Assembly: GCA_977018835.1 (NCBI GenBank)
Contig: OZ361256.1
Location: 3,224,001-3,288,000, forward strand
Reading direction: 5' to 3'
DNA: 64,000 nucleotides
Source of the DNA: Minutocellus sp. GHC0000111
Lineage: Eukaryota
Shown: positions 35,635-46,600 of the stretch, in pieces
Layout: every line of letters begins with the position of its first letter
Numbering within the stretch: position 1 is the stretch's first letter
The notes under the pieces: model-generated
What the model saw: the letters and a program-made list of their open reading frames with translations, nothing else
What the model was told of the DNA's origin: nothing
Databases searched by the model: none
Translations under genes and position numbers: made by a program

Positions 35635-37083
35635 ATGAGCCGACCGACGGGACATAAGCGGCCCCGTCCCGGCGGGAGGCGAGGCCCGAAAGGAGCTGCA
35701 TCCTCGACTGCCTCTCGTGCCAGCACGACAGGAGCAGCATCGAGGGCTACGTCACTTGGGGGCTTCCTGTCCAATTCATCGACTATTGTGGCTGGAAATG
35801 GGCGCGATGGATCAGGCACGTCAAATCAAAGGAACAGTCGGTACCAGCAACATCAAGAGGATGGCATAAATGATGATGATGACGATGACTACACGGTGGC
35901 AACTTGGATTACCACAGCAGCCGAAACAATGACGGGGACGAGGAGCAGAGCACGCCGGCCAGGGACCCAACGTCTTGCTTTGCGAAGGTTGGCAGTTCAC
36001 GCCGTGGCTATTGGGGCACTGGTATCGGGGACGACGAAAGTATCAACGAGTGTGCTGAGCGCTATAACTCTGGGATTGTCGCCTTCAACATCGGCCTTGC
36101 AGTCTACCGCCACGACGAAACAGCAATCGATGTACGAAACGATGCAATCCATAGCGAGGGAAGGAGAATCTTTGGTAGCATCTCAGGGCACGGCAGATGC
36201 AGCTACTAGGCTGTACCAGTTGCGGCAGCAGTTGGCTACGATATCACATCCAGACACATTGGCCATTGGAAGCGTCACACCTCAAAATGCAGCCCTCAAT
36301 TGGTTGGCCACCATCGACCAAAGGCAATTGGCTTCGGATGATCCACATTTGGCCCAGCGGTATGTGCTGGCGACGCTTTTTTTTGCAACCAATGCCGATG
36401 AATGGCCGGCAGATGACGGTTGGACCAATCCTGTCGTTGGAAGTGGCACGAGGGGAGAAAATGTCGGTATTGCCAATGATGGGAACAATGAGCAAGCCGA
36501 TAGCGCTGTGATCATTCCAAACTCGCAGCTTGTACCGCCGCATCCTCCACCGGGAAAGGGTGGTTGGAAGAAAGTTCATCACTTCCTGTCCAACATGCAC
36601 GAGTGCGATTGGTCCGAGGGAGGAGGGGTTCGCTCATGCAACGACAAGGGCTACGTCACAGACTTGAGCCTTTGGAACAACCTACGAGGACGAATACCCA
36701 GCGAATTAGGCCATCTGACACAACTCAAGGTCCTGTACCTGCAGCGAAATCACTTGGCAGGGACTCTCCCGGAAACATTAGGCAATCTTGTCAACCTCCA
36801 GTACCTTGGGTTGGCGCACAATCGAATATCTGGGACCGTTCCCTCACATGTCTTTGGCAATATGCTTCGACTGAAAACTGTGTCTTTGGAGAAGAACGAA
36901 ATCAAGGGTAACATCCGTCGAGTTGATCCGCTCTGCCAGCTAAAAGTCGACGCCGAGCCACCTCCGAACATGCCCCTTTTGGGAGGAAGTCTCAAAACGT
37001 TGACGGCCGATTGTCAACAGATTGTTGCGTGGAAAGAGCCTGAAGTGATATGCGGCTGCTGTACAAAGTGTTTCCGGGCGTAA
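35635..37083 (+). CDS. Diatom-type leucine-rich-repeat protein
   Basis: PQNAALNWL, QRYVLATLFFAT, FLS..HECDW..GV..C, LRR units (NNLRGRIPSELGHLTQL, NHLAGTLP) and C-terminal ADC..VICGCCTKCF. Confidence 0.85.
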   Translation: MSRPTGHKRPRPGGRRGPKGAASSTASRASTTGAASRATSLGGFLSNSSTIVAGNGRDGSGTSNQRNSRYQQHQEDGINDDDDDDYTVATWITTAAETMTGTRSRARRPGTQRLALRRLAVHAVAIGALVSGTTKVSTSVLSAITLGLSPSTSALQSTATTKQQSMYETMQSIAREGESLVASQGTADAATRLYQLRQQLATISHPDTLAIGSVTPQNAALNWLATIDQRQLASDDPHLAQRYVLATLFFATNADEWPADDGWTNPVVGSGTRGENVGIANDGNNEQADSAVIIPNSQLVPPHPPPGKGGWKKVHHFLSNMHECDWSEGGGVRSCNDKGYVTDLSLWNNLRGRIPSELGHLTQLKVLYLQRNHLAGTLPETLGNLVNLQYLGLAHNRISGTVPSHVFGNMLRLKTVSLEKNEIKGNIRRVDPLCQLKVDAEPPPNMPLLGGSLKTLTADCQQIVAWKEPEVICGCCTKCFRA

Positions 37084-37291
37084 ACACAATAGCTCTGCTG
37101 TGATGTTCCTCTTAGTTACCATATATTCGCACGGTTTAAATTTTCATTCTCAAAACATAAGTCATTATTATTATATTTATATGTATGCTACAGGCGTCAC
37201 GAGGCACGTGCCAATGCAGACGCACGTTGATTGCGCGAGGTCTAGAGATTGACACGATTGTTCCTCGAACGGAATTTCTTTAAAGTGAGAA

Positions 37292-37804
37292 CTATGCTAA
37301 CATATCGGGACAGACTAAATTTGACATTCTTCCACCTCTACGAATCGGAGTTAGCTCGCCGTTGGCTATATTTCGGCGGAAATTGCGATCATTGGGAGAG
37401 CGGGAAGGATTGTGGGAGAGAGTTTGGGTCTCCGCGTCGATAATCCATGTAGAGTCGAATATGTGGTGAGACTCGACGGACACTGGTCCTGCCAGGGACC
37501 GGCGATTGCGGCGGCGACCGAAACGACGAGTTGGCTGTTCTTGCGGTTGTGTCGAACTGATAGCTTCTACGCTGTCGTTCAAGGGGGGCACTTCTCTACT
37601 TTCGTTCAATGGAACGGTTAAAGAACGATCGATTTGGAGGCGGAGACGATCCAATTCCTCTTGCTGTTCCACGGGGACGGGAGGCAGCGGGCGAGGCTCT
37701 GGCCGGTGCTCCTGTCGCCCAAGAGCAGCAGTAGCTCGAGGAGGACGAAGATAGGACGGCACGTCGATCGTGATGATCTTGGATGGTTTGTTTTCTCGGC
37801 ACAT
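37292..37804 (-). CDS. Possible small hypothetical protein
   Basis: 170-aa ORF occupying a gene-sized gap between AT-rich flanks. No recognisable motif. Confidence 0.3.
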   Translation of the reverse strand: MCRENKPSKIITIDVPSYLRPPRATAALGRQEHRPEPRPLPPVPVEQQEELDRLRLQIDRSLTVPLNESREVPPLNDSVEAISSTQPQEQPTRRFGRRRNRRSLAGPVSVESHHIFDSTWIIDAETQTLSHNPSRSPNDRNFRRNIANGELTPIRRGGRMSNLVCPDMLA

Positions 37805-38219
37805 CTTTCTTGGGCTGTGCGGTAGTGGAATAATATGAATGTTTGGGTGCTACTAGTACAAATAAATAAATGAGCGAAGAAGGAAGAAGAAAAAGTTCGG
37901 GATGCATCTATGGAGCGCCGGCTCTTATTATCTAGCGCGGGATATGTTTTATGTTTTATGTGCCAGCGAAGAATAGTGTAGGCTCAAAAAGTGTGTCTGG
38001 AGGCTGGATATAATTGAACGAGGCAGACAGCTTTGAACGCCGCCGGCCTTTAGCGGCCTCTAACAATTTTGGTCCGGAGAACAAAGAGCCTGCCACTCAC
38101 GACATCCTTTCTGCAAAACCAGTAATCACATGCCATTGGTACATAAATCCTTTGCTTGGAAAAGGGCCTCATCTCTCATTTCTTTCGATCGCATCAAATC
38201 ACGATTACACACCACACAA

Positions 38220-38534
38220 AAAAATTAATGTCATGAATCACCAAAGAAACCGCGGGAGCAAAGAAGTTGGAAAAAGGCCGTCTCTCAAGACCTCATTTCT
38301 GCCAAAACCCGTACTCACATGCGTCATGTCTTGCTCTAAATCCCTTCCATTGCATTCTTCTCTGATATGTTATATGTTATATTTTATAAAAATTAATGTC
38401 ATGAATCACCAAAGAAACCACGGGAGCAAAGAAGTTGGAAAAAGACCGTCTCGCCTCAAGACCTCATTCTGCCAAAACCCGTACTCACATGCGTCATGTC
38501 TTGCTCTAAATCCCTTCCATTGCATTCTTCTCTG
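38220..38534. repeat. Two near-identical ~146-nt direct repeats (38220-38364, 38388-38534) with a 23-nt AT-rich spacer
   Basis: AAAAATTAATGTCATGAATCACCAAAGAAACC...TGCATTCTTCTCTG occurs twice with a few substitutions and indels. Confidence 0.9.
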
Positions 38535-38619
38535 TATTGGATTCCGATTCCGGACATTCATCACACAAAATGCTGAAAGCCACAAATTCTCCCGGAACAT
38601 CACTGTCATCCTACACAAA

Positions 38620-39450
38620 ATGAAAGGCGCAAATTCTCCCGGATCTTCACTATTATCCCATCCTCCACCACCGTCAAGTCAAGTTTCAGCTTTGGCGCGT
38701 CGGCTACCACCATCACCATTGGCAGCATCTTCTTCTCTTACAACTGCCGTGCCGGACCAAAAGATGAGCAAGTCACCTGAGCACTCACCTCTCTGTTCAC
38801 TTACATGCAACAAGCAGCAGCAGTCAATTCGGGCACAGCCCCATTGTGCATCCACCTCCGCACTTGCATCTTCCTCGCCTACTACAAGCATTTTACCCAC
38901 TTCTTTGCCCACAGCCACCGCGCCTTCTTCTTCATCCAACCCTATTTCCAGTACTTGCATCTCCACAGTACAGCTCCCAAGCCCAACATCTAATAACATT
39001 CAAAAGAAAGTAGGATTCGAACGAAAGACCAAGATCTTCCTTATTCCATCGCTATCCGAGTACTCAGATGACGAAATCGACGCCTGTTGGATTGGCAAGG
39101 ACGACAACAAGATTTCCCGAGCAGAGCTCGCCACCACCATCGTATTGTGTCGTCAGCACAACGGTTCCATCCCTAGAGACCAACGAGATGACCTTACCAC
39201 CCGAGGGATTGAACATCTCTGCACACAGGCAGCGATGGAACGTCGCAAGGCTACTCGTCACACGCACATCAATGCAGTCCTCGACGAGCAGGACGATCAA
39301 TGGGACAAGCACGCCACCGTCAAAGATCAAGAGGAGGCCATCCAGCAAGTCTCTTCGACATGGTCAGCACGGTCAACCGACGAGGCGATTGCCCGTGCGA
39401 CACAGGACGAAGCCTTTCTCAGGCGCCGGCCCTCATCAAGACTGTCATAG
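38620..39450 (+). CDS. Diatom RGLE-motif family protein (RGIE variant)
   Basis: KKVGF..LIPSLSEYSDDEIDACW..TTRGIEH..R..HINAVLDEQDDQW..AIARATQDEAF. The upstream extension of the track ORF runs through the tandem repeat and is probably spurious. Confidence 0.75.
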   Translation: MKGANSPGSSLLSHPPPPSSQVSALARRLPPSPLAASSSLTTAVPDQKMSKSPEHSPLCSLTCNKQQQSIRAQPHCASTSALASSSPTTSILPTSLPTATAPSSSSNPISSTCISTVQLPSPTSNNIQKKVGFERKTKIFLIPSLSEYSDDEIDACWIGKDDNKISRAELATTIVLCRQHNGSIPRDQRDDLTTRGIEHLCTQAAMERRKATRHTHINAVLDEQDDQWDKHATVKDQEEAIQQVSSTWSARSTDEAIARATQDEAFLRRRPSSRLS

Positions 39451-39758
39451 ATAACTACATACATGTGCGTGTACACGTATTGACTTGGTATAATGCAGGC
39501 AATGTACTACATGCACTGATCGGCCAGGCACCCGAGATCAGCATAGATAACTATGTTTCTCGCTCAAACGCAACACATTGGCACAGACTTCATCATGCAT
39601 AAAATAAATTTACATGGATACTTTTCTTAAACTTCCTACTATAGGACCATTTGGTGATAGCGAAGCGCCTATGCAGCGGCACATTGTACATTGTATTCTG
39701 GTTGAAATATCAGTACTTTCATCTCAATATGAAAACCTGAAAACATTCATGTCGCAGC

Positions 39759-40943
39759 TCAGCCCACATTCTTCTGTCCAAAGTCCATTCCTCCCCTCTT
39801 GATGATCTCGACTGAGTACCCATCCGGATCGTAGGCAAACGCAAGGCCCTTCATACTACCGCCGTCTGGTTCCTTGCGCATACCATATCCCATCTCTCGG
39901 ATGTCATCGCAGGCCTGGTACACATCATCGACCAAGAAACCAATGTGTCCGAATCCCTGCCGTCCTTCCTCGTTGCCATTGTAGTGCTTGAAGTCCTCGT
40001 CGTCCTCAGTTCCATGATTGTGCGTAAGCTCCAGTACGGGCTGGAACAAATTGCTCGCCGCCAATGCCGCCTCTTCGGTAGTTGGATCGGCCGGTACATC
40101 GGCATCGGGAACATTGCTGGCCAAAAAGTACAGAGAGAACTTGGCGTCCGGAAAGTGCTTCTCGGCCATCACCTTCATCCCCAACCGTTTGTAAAATGCG
40201 ATGGATTTCTTGGGATCCTTGACTCGCAACATTGTCTGAGAAAAATTGAACTTGTTGGATATTTTGTCAGCCGTCCGACGACGGACGACTTCCACCCAGT
40301 ACTGGTCGGCATCGTACGCGAATGCGAGGCCTTTCATCCGTCCCTCGTCAGGCTTCTTCTTGAACGATACTCCCTTTGCCTCCAGATATTCGCATGCAGC
40401 ATAGACGTCGTCGCAGGATACGGCCACGTGTCCGAAGCCATCCTTTTCGGCGTTGCCGGGATGGTAGCCCTTGAAATCACCGTCAGGATTCTCCGTCCCA
40501 CGATTGTGCGTCAATTCCAACGCCACGCCCTCCATCGACCAGAGATAATCATGCGCGGCCTGCGTGCCGGGCTTGAGGGAGTAGTTTTCATCCTCGGGAA
40601 GTGTGGCGACGAAGTAGATGCTGAAACTCCATTGAGGAAAGTCCAGGGTGTCAATGTGCGTCATACCAAGCACATCGGTGTAGAAGGGCAGGGTCTTGGC
40701 GGGCTCGGCGATGCGGATCATGGTCTGCTGCCACGTCGGCCGGCCTCGGATCACCGAGGAGTCGGTGTTGGTGGTCGAAGACATGGCACGAGAGACGAGG
40801 CTGTGGCGAAGATGCTGCAGATGAGCGGTAGCGGTAGCGGTTGAGACGGTTCTTGCACGGGCGACGGGTGAGAAGGCGAAAGATACTTTGGGCGATACGG
40901 CAGCAAGCGTCGTAAGGGCGAGCGCAGCGGTCCGGTAGAGCAT
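39759..40943 (-). CDS. GLO1: Glyoxalase I (lactoylglutathione lyase), two-domain, plastid-targeted
   Basis: Two copies of QTM.R..LELTHN.GTE..GFGH..PD.G.MKGLAFAYDxDxYxVE. Bipartite leader MLYRTAALAL..SFA-FSP. Confidence 0.92.
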   Translation of the reverse strand: MLYRTAALALTTLAAVSPKVSFAFSPVARARTVSTATATAHLQHLRHSLVSRAMSSTTNTDSSVIRGRPTWQQTMIRIAEPAKTLPFYTDVLGMTHIDTLDFPQWSFSIYFVATLPEDENYSLKPGTQAAHDYLWSMEGVALELTHNRGTENPDGDFKGYHPGNAEKDGFGHVAVSCDDVYAACEYLEAKGVSFKKKPDEGRMKGLAFAYDADQYWVEVVRRRTADKISNKFNFSQTMLRVKDPKKSIAFYKRLGMKVMAEKHFPDAKFSLYFLASNVPDADVPADPTTEEAALAASNLFQPVLELTHNHGTEDDEDFKHYNGNEEGRQGFGHIGFLVDDVYQACDDIREMGYGMRKEPDGGSMKGLAFAYDPDGYSVEIIKRGGMDFGQKNVG

Positions 40944-41149
40944 CTTGGCGAGTGCGAAAATGAGCAAAATAAAAATGGGCCCACGCCGACGACGGACGGA
41001 CAGACTCATTCCAGAAATTCCAGAACTTTTGCCAGGCTTATGGGATGACTGACGACTGACGACGAGGAACACATCTGATCTGCCGGTAATAGTATCTTAA
41101 TAGGCGCTTATCGCTGTGCCGATCGCATTTAATTGAATTTGCATCTGAC

Positions 41150-43522
41150 ATGTCCGATCAGCCCAGCAACCGTCAGCACTCCCTGCGGGGGGGCGGCGGC
41201 GGCGCCGTTCTGATTCGGCGCCAATCGTCAAATTCTCTGGGGGGCACCTCGGGCGTGTCGGCGACGAGCCTGGCCCAGCTCGTCGGGGACATTGCCATCG
41301 ACGACGCCGACGTGGCGCAGAATCACGGCATCGGATGCGCCCCCCTCCGCGGGAGGGAGAGCCACACGGCCGATCTGGACGCCTTTGACCGGTACGTGTA
41401 CATCATGCAGACCGAGCGAGATTTGCTTTCCCAGGAAGAGGAAGATGCGCAGGCGGCTACCGCTAGTAGCCATATGGACGACGACGATGGCAATGGATTA
41501 GACGGTGCACAAGCAAACGGAGATGACGGGGATGAAGAGAAGGGTGATCACGGTGATGAAGAAGGAGCGGAGGGTGGAGGTGGTGACATGAACGACGACG
41601 CATCTGCATCCGCATCGCGGACGACGCCGTTCAACACAAGCTTTTGGGAACATGTCCGGTCGATCCTTTCCAACGCCAAGCCCGTTGGTTTTGATGAGCT
41701 CGATGATCCAGATGCAGTGATTCCCAAAGGTCCCGTTGAAGCCAATGCCTTCCTGCAAAAGGCCGTTGGCATCGGGCCGCTCAACCCTATTGAACCCAAG
41801 GCACTGGCCGAGGGCGGAGGGTTCACCGAGGAGGAGGTGCTGACCGAGCTGCTGTACGCCACGAGAGCCGGTGCCGTGCGGATGCAGTTCGCCCCGGAGT
41901 GCGACCGGAGTGGATCGGTCGTTACGGCACGGAATCGGTTGGGAGATCTACCAGCTCGAGCTACCTGTGAGGGGTGTAACTACCCCAACGATATCAATTC
42001 GATGGATCGGATCAAGGTGCTCTTTCTATTCAATTCAGACATCCTCTACGTACTGATGGACAACTTTGCGTGCACTCCCAGTCAGGAGAGCTTTGCCAAG
42101 ACACAAATTTTTGCCACCGTCCCAGCGACGAGCACGGGATCGGGCTTTCGATATTCTGTGGGCATCGGTGAGGGCAAGGAACTTCGCCCGGCTCTTCCGG
42201 CCGGCAAGTACCGGATGCACTGCCCCGTGGCCAAAACGGACAATTATCTCGTTGTGGAACGGGAGGCCAAGAAGGATGAAGAGCCCCATTGCTGCAAGCT
42301 CAAGGTTTCGGATGTTATGTGCAACGCTCCTACGTTTCCAAGAAAAGGGCCAATCGATATTGCCGGCACTGCAGCCGAGCATCGATCGCATCTCAAGACC
42401 CTGAGGGTACCTCACGGCAAGCTCCATTTTGACGTGTACCCCGATACCAGAAGCTTCTTCGTGCTTTGGGTCCAGGAGGACTGCGAGGATGACACCTTGA
42501 TGCGTCTACCAGAGGAAGAACGGTCGTCGTACACCAAGGCTACGTCAGTAATTCACAACCGAGCATTCAACAAACTGTTTTCTGACCAGATCGTTTCGGC
42601 GAACCCAGACGCAATGTTGTCGATACAAAACGTCGTGCTTGTCTTCACCGATGTCGTCGGCTCGACGGACCTCTACGCATCCATGGGCGATGGGCCGGCG
42701 CTTCAGCTTATTCGAAAGCACTTTCGAGTATTGTTTGGTGCCTTTACCCAGCGAGGCCGGGTTGTCAAAACTGTTGGTGACGCGGTCATGGCATCCTTTA
42801 CTACAGGCCGCGCGGCGATGGAGGCCGTTGCCGACGCTCTGCGCCTGCTCCCGTTGGAGTGCAAGTTGCCCGACGGGTCGCCCCTCCAGATTCGAGTAGG
42901 AATACACTGTGGGCCGGCGATTGTTGTTCCCGTTAATGGTGTGAATGACTTCTTTGGCCAGACAGTCAACGTCGCCGCCCGGGTAGAGGCGGCTGCCAAG
43001 GCAAGCGAATGTTTCATAACTGAAGATGTGCTCAAATCAGACCCAGACAGCAGAAATGCATACTACGAGATCGTGAGTAGCTCCTACAACCGCCGAGGTT
43101 CGGGAGGAAGCGACGTGAATTCTGGCATTGGGAAGCAAGTCTTTAGTAGTACACCGGAGACTGAGTTACACCTAAAGGGAGTAAAGGGAGCCGTTCGGGC
43201 CCGAGGCTTCCGCCTGAACAAACGTCCCCAAAGAGCTTCAGACATGATGGGTGGAGCGGGGCCCACGCGAACGTACCGCAAGAGTGAGTTGTTCGAGAGA
43301 CTGAGTATATCAGCGTCCGACATGTCTCTCGGTGATGATGACGAGCAAAGCAACCATAGTGCAGGATCTAGCAGTGCCTCGGCCCCGCTAAGCACCGGGC
43401 AACGTCGGATGAGCAAGCGGGCGAGCACACTTGGAGATGTCCAAGAGGAAGGAACCAATCCGTTTGATACGGATGAGTCAAACTCAGAGTACAGCGACGA
43501 AGAAAAGTTTGCAATTAAATGA
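41150..43522 (+). CDS. Soluble class III adenylyl cyclase with bacterial-type N-terminal (DUF5939-like) region
   Basis: VFTDVVGST, VKTVGDAVMA, IRVGIHCG and NDFFGQTVNVAARVE show the metal-binding Asp pair, ATP-specifying K/D and catalytic N/R. N-terminal LLYATRAG..CDRS..CEGC. No TM segments. Confidence 0.85.
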   Translation: MSDQPSNRQHSLRGGGGGAVLIRRQSSNSLGGTSGVSATSLAQLVGDIAIDDADVAQNHGIGCAPLRGRESHTADLDAFDRYVYIMQTERDLLSQEEEDAQAATASSHMDDDDGNGLDGAQANGDDGDEEKGDHGDEEGAEGGGGDMNDDASASASRTTPFNTSFWEHVRSILSNAKPVGFDELDDPDAVIPKGPVEANAFLQKAVGIGPLNPIEPKALAEGGGFTEEEVLTELLYATRAGAVRMQFAPECDRSGSVVTARNRLGDLPARATCEGCNYPNDINSMDRIKVLFLFNSDILYVLMDNFACTPSQESFAKTQIFATVPATSTGSGFRYSVGIGEGKELRPALPAGKYRMHCPVAKTDNYLVVEREAKKDEEPHCCKLKVSDVMCNAPTFPRKGPIDIAGTAAEHRSHLKTLRVPHGKLHFDVYPDTRSFFVLWVQEDCEDDTLMRLPEEERSSYTKATSVIHNRAFNKLFSDQIVSANPDAMLSIQNVVLVFTDVVGSTDLYASMGDGPALQLIRKHFRVLFGAFTQRGRVVKTVGDAVMASFTTGRAAMEAVADALRLLPLECKLPDGSPLQIRVGIHCGPAIVVPVNGVNDFFGQTVNVAARVEAAAKASECFITEDVLKSDPDSRNAYYEIVSSSYNRRGSGGSDVNSGIGKQVFSSTPETELHLKGVKGAVRARGFRLNKRPQRASDMMGGAGPTRTYRKSELFERLSISASDMSLGDDDEQSNHSAGSSSASAPLSTGQRRMSKRASTLGDVQEEGTNPFDTDESNSEYSDEEKFAIK

Positions 43523-43669
43523 ACTAATCTTATAAGCGTTGTGCTTCAATGAAAATACAATTGATATTTCCTACTAGATCTATATATATACACCTAACTC
43601 GCCTACTAATGAGATTCTTTGCTGATTTGTAATATATATATAAAGACAACATAATAATGAACAATTCGC

Positions 43670-46600
43670 TCACTGCGGGGGAACCTCCTTCATGTCAAAG
43701 CCTTGTGCGGATAGATTCTCTCCAAGTTTCCTCTCCGCCAAATCTCCAATATCGTTGTGAGCTTCAGTCCATGCACAGTGGAACGTGCCATCTCTATCTA
43801 CTCTCTCAAAGGTGTGCCCGCCAAAGTAGTCTCGATGTGCTTCCGTCAGATTGGTTGGCAGCGATTCTCGACGATAAGAGTCAAAGTATGAGAGAGAAGA
43901 GCCCAGGGTGGATGTAGGAATGCCGGCGTTGACACAAAATAGGAGAATAGTTCGCCACCGATCTGAATTTTGGTTGAGAATATTGACAAAGTCTGTTGCG
44001 AGCATGAGATTAGAGAGATCTGGATTTTCTTCATATGTCGTATGAATCTTTTCGAGGAGACGGCACCGGATAATGCATCCACCGCGCAATGTTCTTGCAA
44101 CCTCTGATAAATTGATGTTCCAGCCCATTCTAATGGATGTGCTCCTGATGAGGTCAATGGCCTGGGCAAAGCAGCAAACCTTGGATGCATAGAAGGCTTG
44201 GCGGAGACACTCGAGCAGCTCCGACTTATTGACAACATCCTCTAAACTGGCCGTCAAGGAACCTTCGAGAATTTTGGATGCGGTGACGCGCTCTTGCTTG
44301 AGGGAAGATAAGTATCGCACGTTGAGGGCAGCTGAAATACTTGGTGTTGGAACACTTTGTTCAGCAGCGTCGTGTGGAGCTCGTCGTCCAGAATTCCGTG
44401 AATTGCATCAAGGCAATGGTCATTTTGTCCGCCCATGAAATTTGCCTGCAGATCATCGTTGCGCAATAGAATTTTGCTTGTAATATCCAAAAGGTGGGAC
44501 GCCAGATCGCCTTCATTCCAGGACGAAAATGTGGAAGCCATCTCTTCGTTGCACATATTCAGACCGCGTTTCATAACGTCGTAGGTTTCTGCAATCAGCT
44601 CCTCTTCAGCATATTCCAGTCCATTATGGACAGACTTGAGGAAATTTGCGGTGCCGGTGGAACCAACGTAGGCACAACATGGAGTACCCTTGAACTCGGC
44701 TGAACACGACACTAATAGGTCTGAGACGGTATCGTAGAATTTTCTTGAACCTCCGACCATGAGACAGGGTCCATGACGAGCGCCTGATTGTCCGCCGCTT
44801 AGAAACATATCCAAAAATCCGATACCCCTGGAGCTTAGAAACTGAGCATGACGGATCGAGTTGGCATAGATTTCATTACCGGCGTCAATCATCAGGTCAC
44901 CCGACTCCATAAAGCGAGAAAGAGTCTCGATGGTTTCGTTAACAGGATTTCCGGCCATGACTAAAATGATAATTTTTCTCGGTTTGGCCAGACGCTTGAC
45001 GAAATCTTCGGCACTTAATGAGCCGCCGAGGGTGGGGATACTCTCTTCTTTCGCAAGTTGGACCACGTGCTGCACTTTGGATTGGGTTCTATTTCCAACT
45101 AATACCTTGAACCCTTTGCTTGCCATGTTGAGGGCAAAGGCAGCGCCGATTCCAGCGCAATCGTAAACGCCAACCTCGTATATACCAGCAGCTTTCTTTC
45201 CCTTGCTCTTGCGAGATGGCTTGTGGTCATAGTACTCGTAGTCGGTGTTTCGAATGTAGCCGCTTCGAGCGTTGATAAAAGCATCAGCGGCGGTAGGCCC
45301 ACGACTACCTCTTTTGTAGATGTGAGGGCGAATTTTCTGTCCTTCAATTTGATGCAACAGGGGCGTAAATATCTCCCATGCTCTCTTTAGCTCGTCGTCT
45401 CTGACAAAGTTACTGGATCTTCCTCGCAGAACATCCAGGATCAGTCGCGTATAGGCATCTGGCTGACGCTCTGAAGATTTCTCGTACCATCTCTGATCAT
45501 AATTTACTTCCAATTCTCCCTGGATAGGTTCGGATCTGAACCCGGGACTTTTGACGTTGGTCTTAATGTATATACTCTCGCCTGGTTGTATTTTGAGTAC
45601 CAGTTCATTCCTCGGCAGCTTAGCATCAAACATGAATTCAGCTGCTGGTGCATCGCGAAATTGAATGCGAACCTCGGCACGTCGCTCATTGAGTGCCTTG
45701 CCAGCCTTGAAGATGAACGGAACTCCGTCCCAACGTGGAGTTCGGACGAAGCAACGCATCGCGACGAAAGTGGGTGTGTTAGTGTTCTTGTCGTTTATCG
45801 TTGGGTCATCGGCATAGCCTTCGTACTGTCCCAAGAGCACCTCATCGAGGGTAACGGGCGAGATCGCATTTAGCACAGCGACCTTGGCGTCTCTAATTTT
45901 CTCCCCCGCCCCAGGACCATCGGCCTTTGTCGGTGGTTCCATTGCTAAGAGAGTGAGAACCTGAAGCAGATGGTTTTGTACGACATCACGGATGATGCCG
46001 ATGTTATCGAAATAGCCACCACGCCCGTCGGTGCCAAAGGGCTCCTTGAAGGTTATGATCACTGTTTGAATGCCGTCTCTGTTGAATAGACGCTCAAACC
46101 AGCGATTGCCAAAGCGAAGGAGGGCAATAGTCTGAACCATTTCTTTGCCAAGATAGTGGTCGATCCTGAAAAGCTCAGATTCCTTGAATTGCTGCGACAT
46201 TGTCGAAAGGAGCTCCTCACACGACGCCAAGTCTCGCCCGAATGGCTTCTCAACGATGACTCGGCTCCATCCCCTGGGCGCCATAGCGGCCCTCTTTATG
46301 GCAATGGCCGCATCACCGAAGACGTTGGGAGGGATCGCAAGGTAGAATAGACGATTGTGTTCAGGCTTGTTGAAGGATGACTCGTACATGTCCATGCTAT
46401 TGGAGAGCGCGGCAAAAGCATCAATATCTCCATAAGATTTGCCCTGTTGATAGTAGCATCTGGAGAGGAACTCGTCAACAACGTTCTCATCGTGATCACC
46501 TGATTTCAACAAGTATGGCCTCAGGCGTGTTCGTAGATCATCATGGGAGAGGCCACTTCTGGCGAAGCCCCAAAAGATCACGTCGTCTGGCAAAAGATTG

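Noticed and set aside
38014..38619. Repeat-containing N-terminus of the 478-aa ORF
   Set aside because: It runs through a nucleotide-level tandem duplication whose copies shift frame relative to each other; more likely non-coding.
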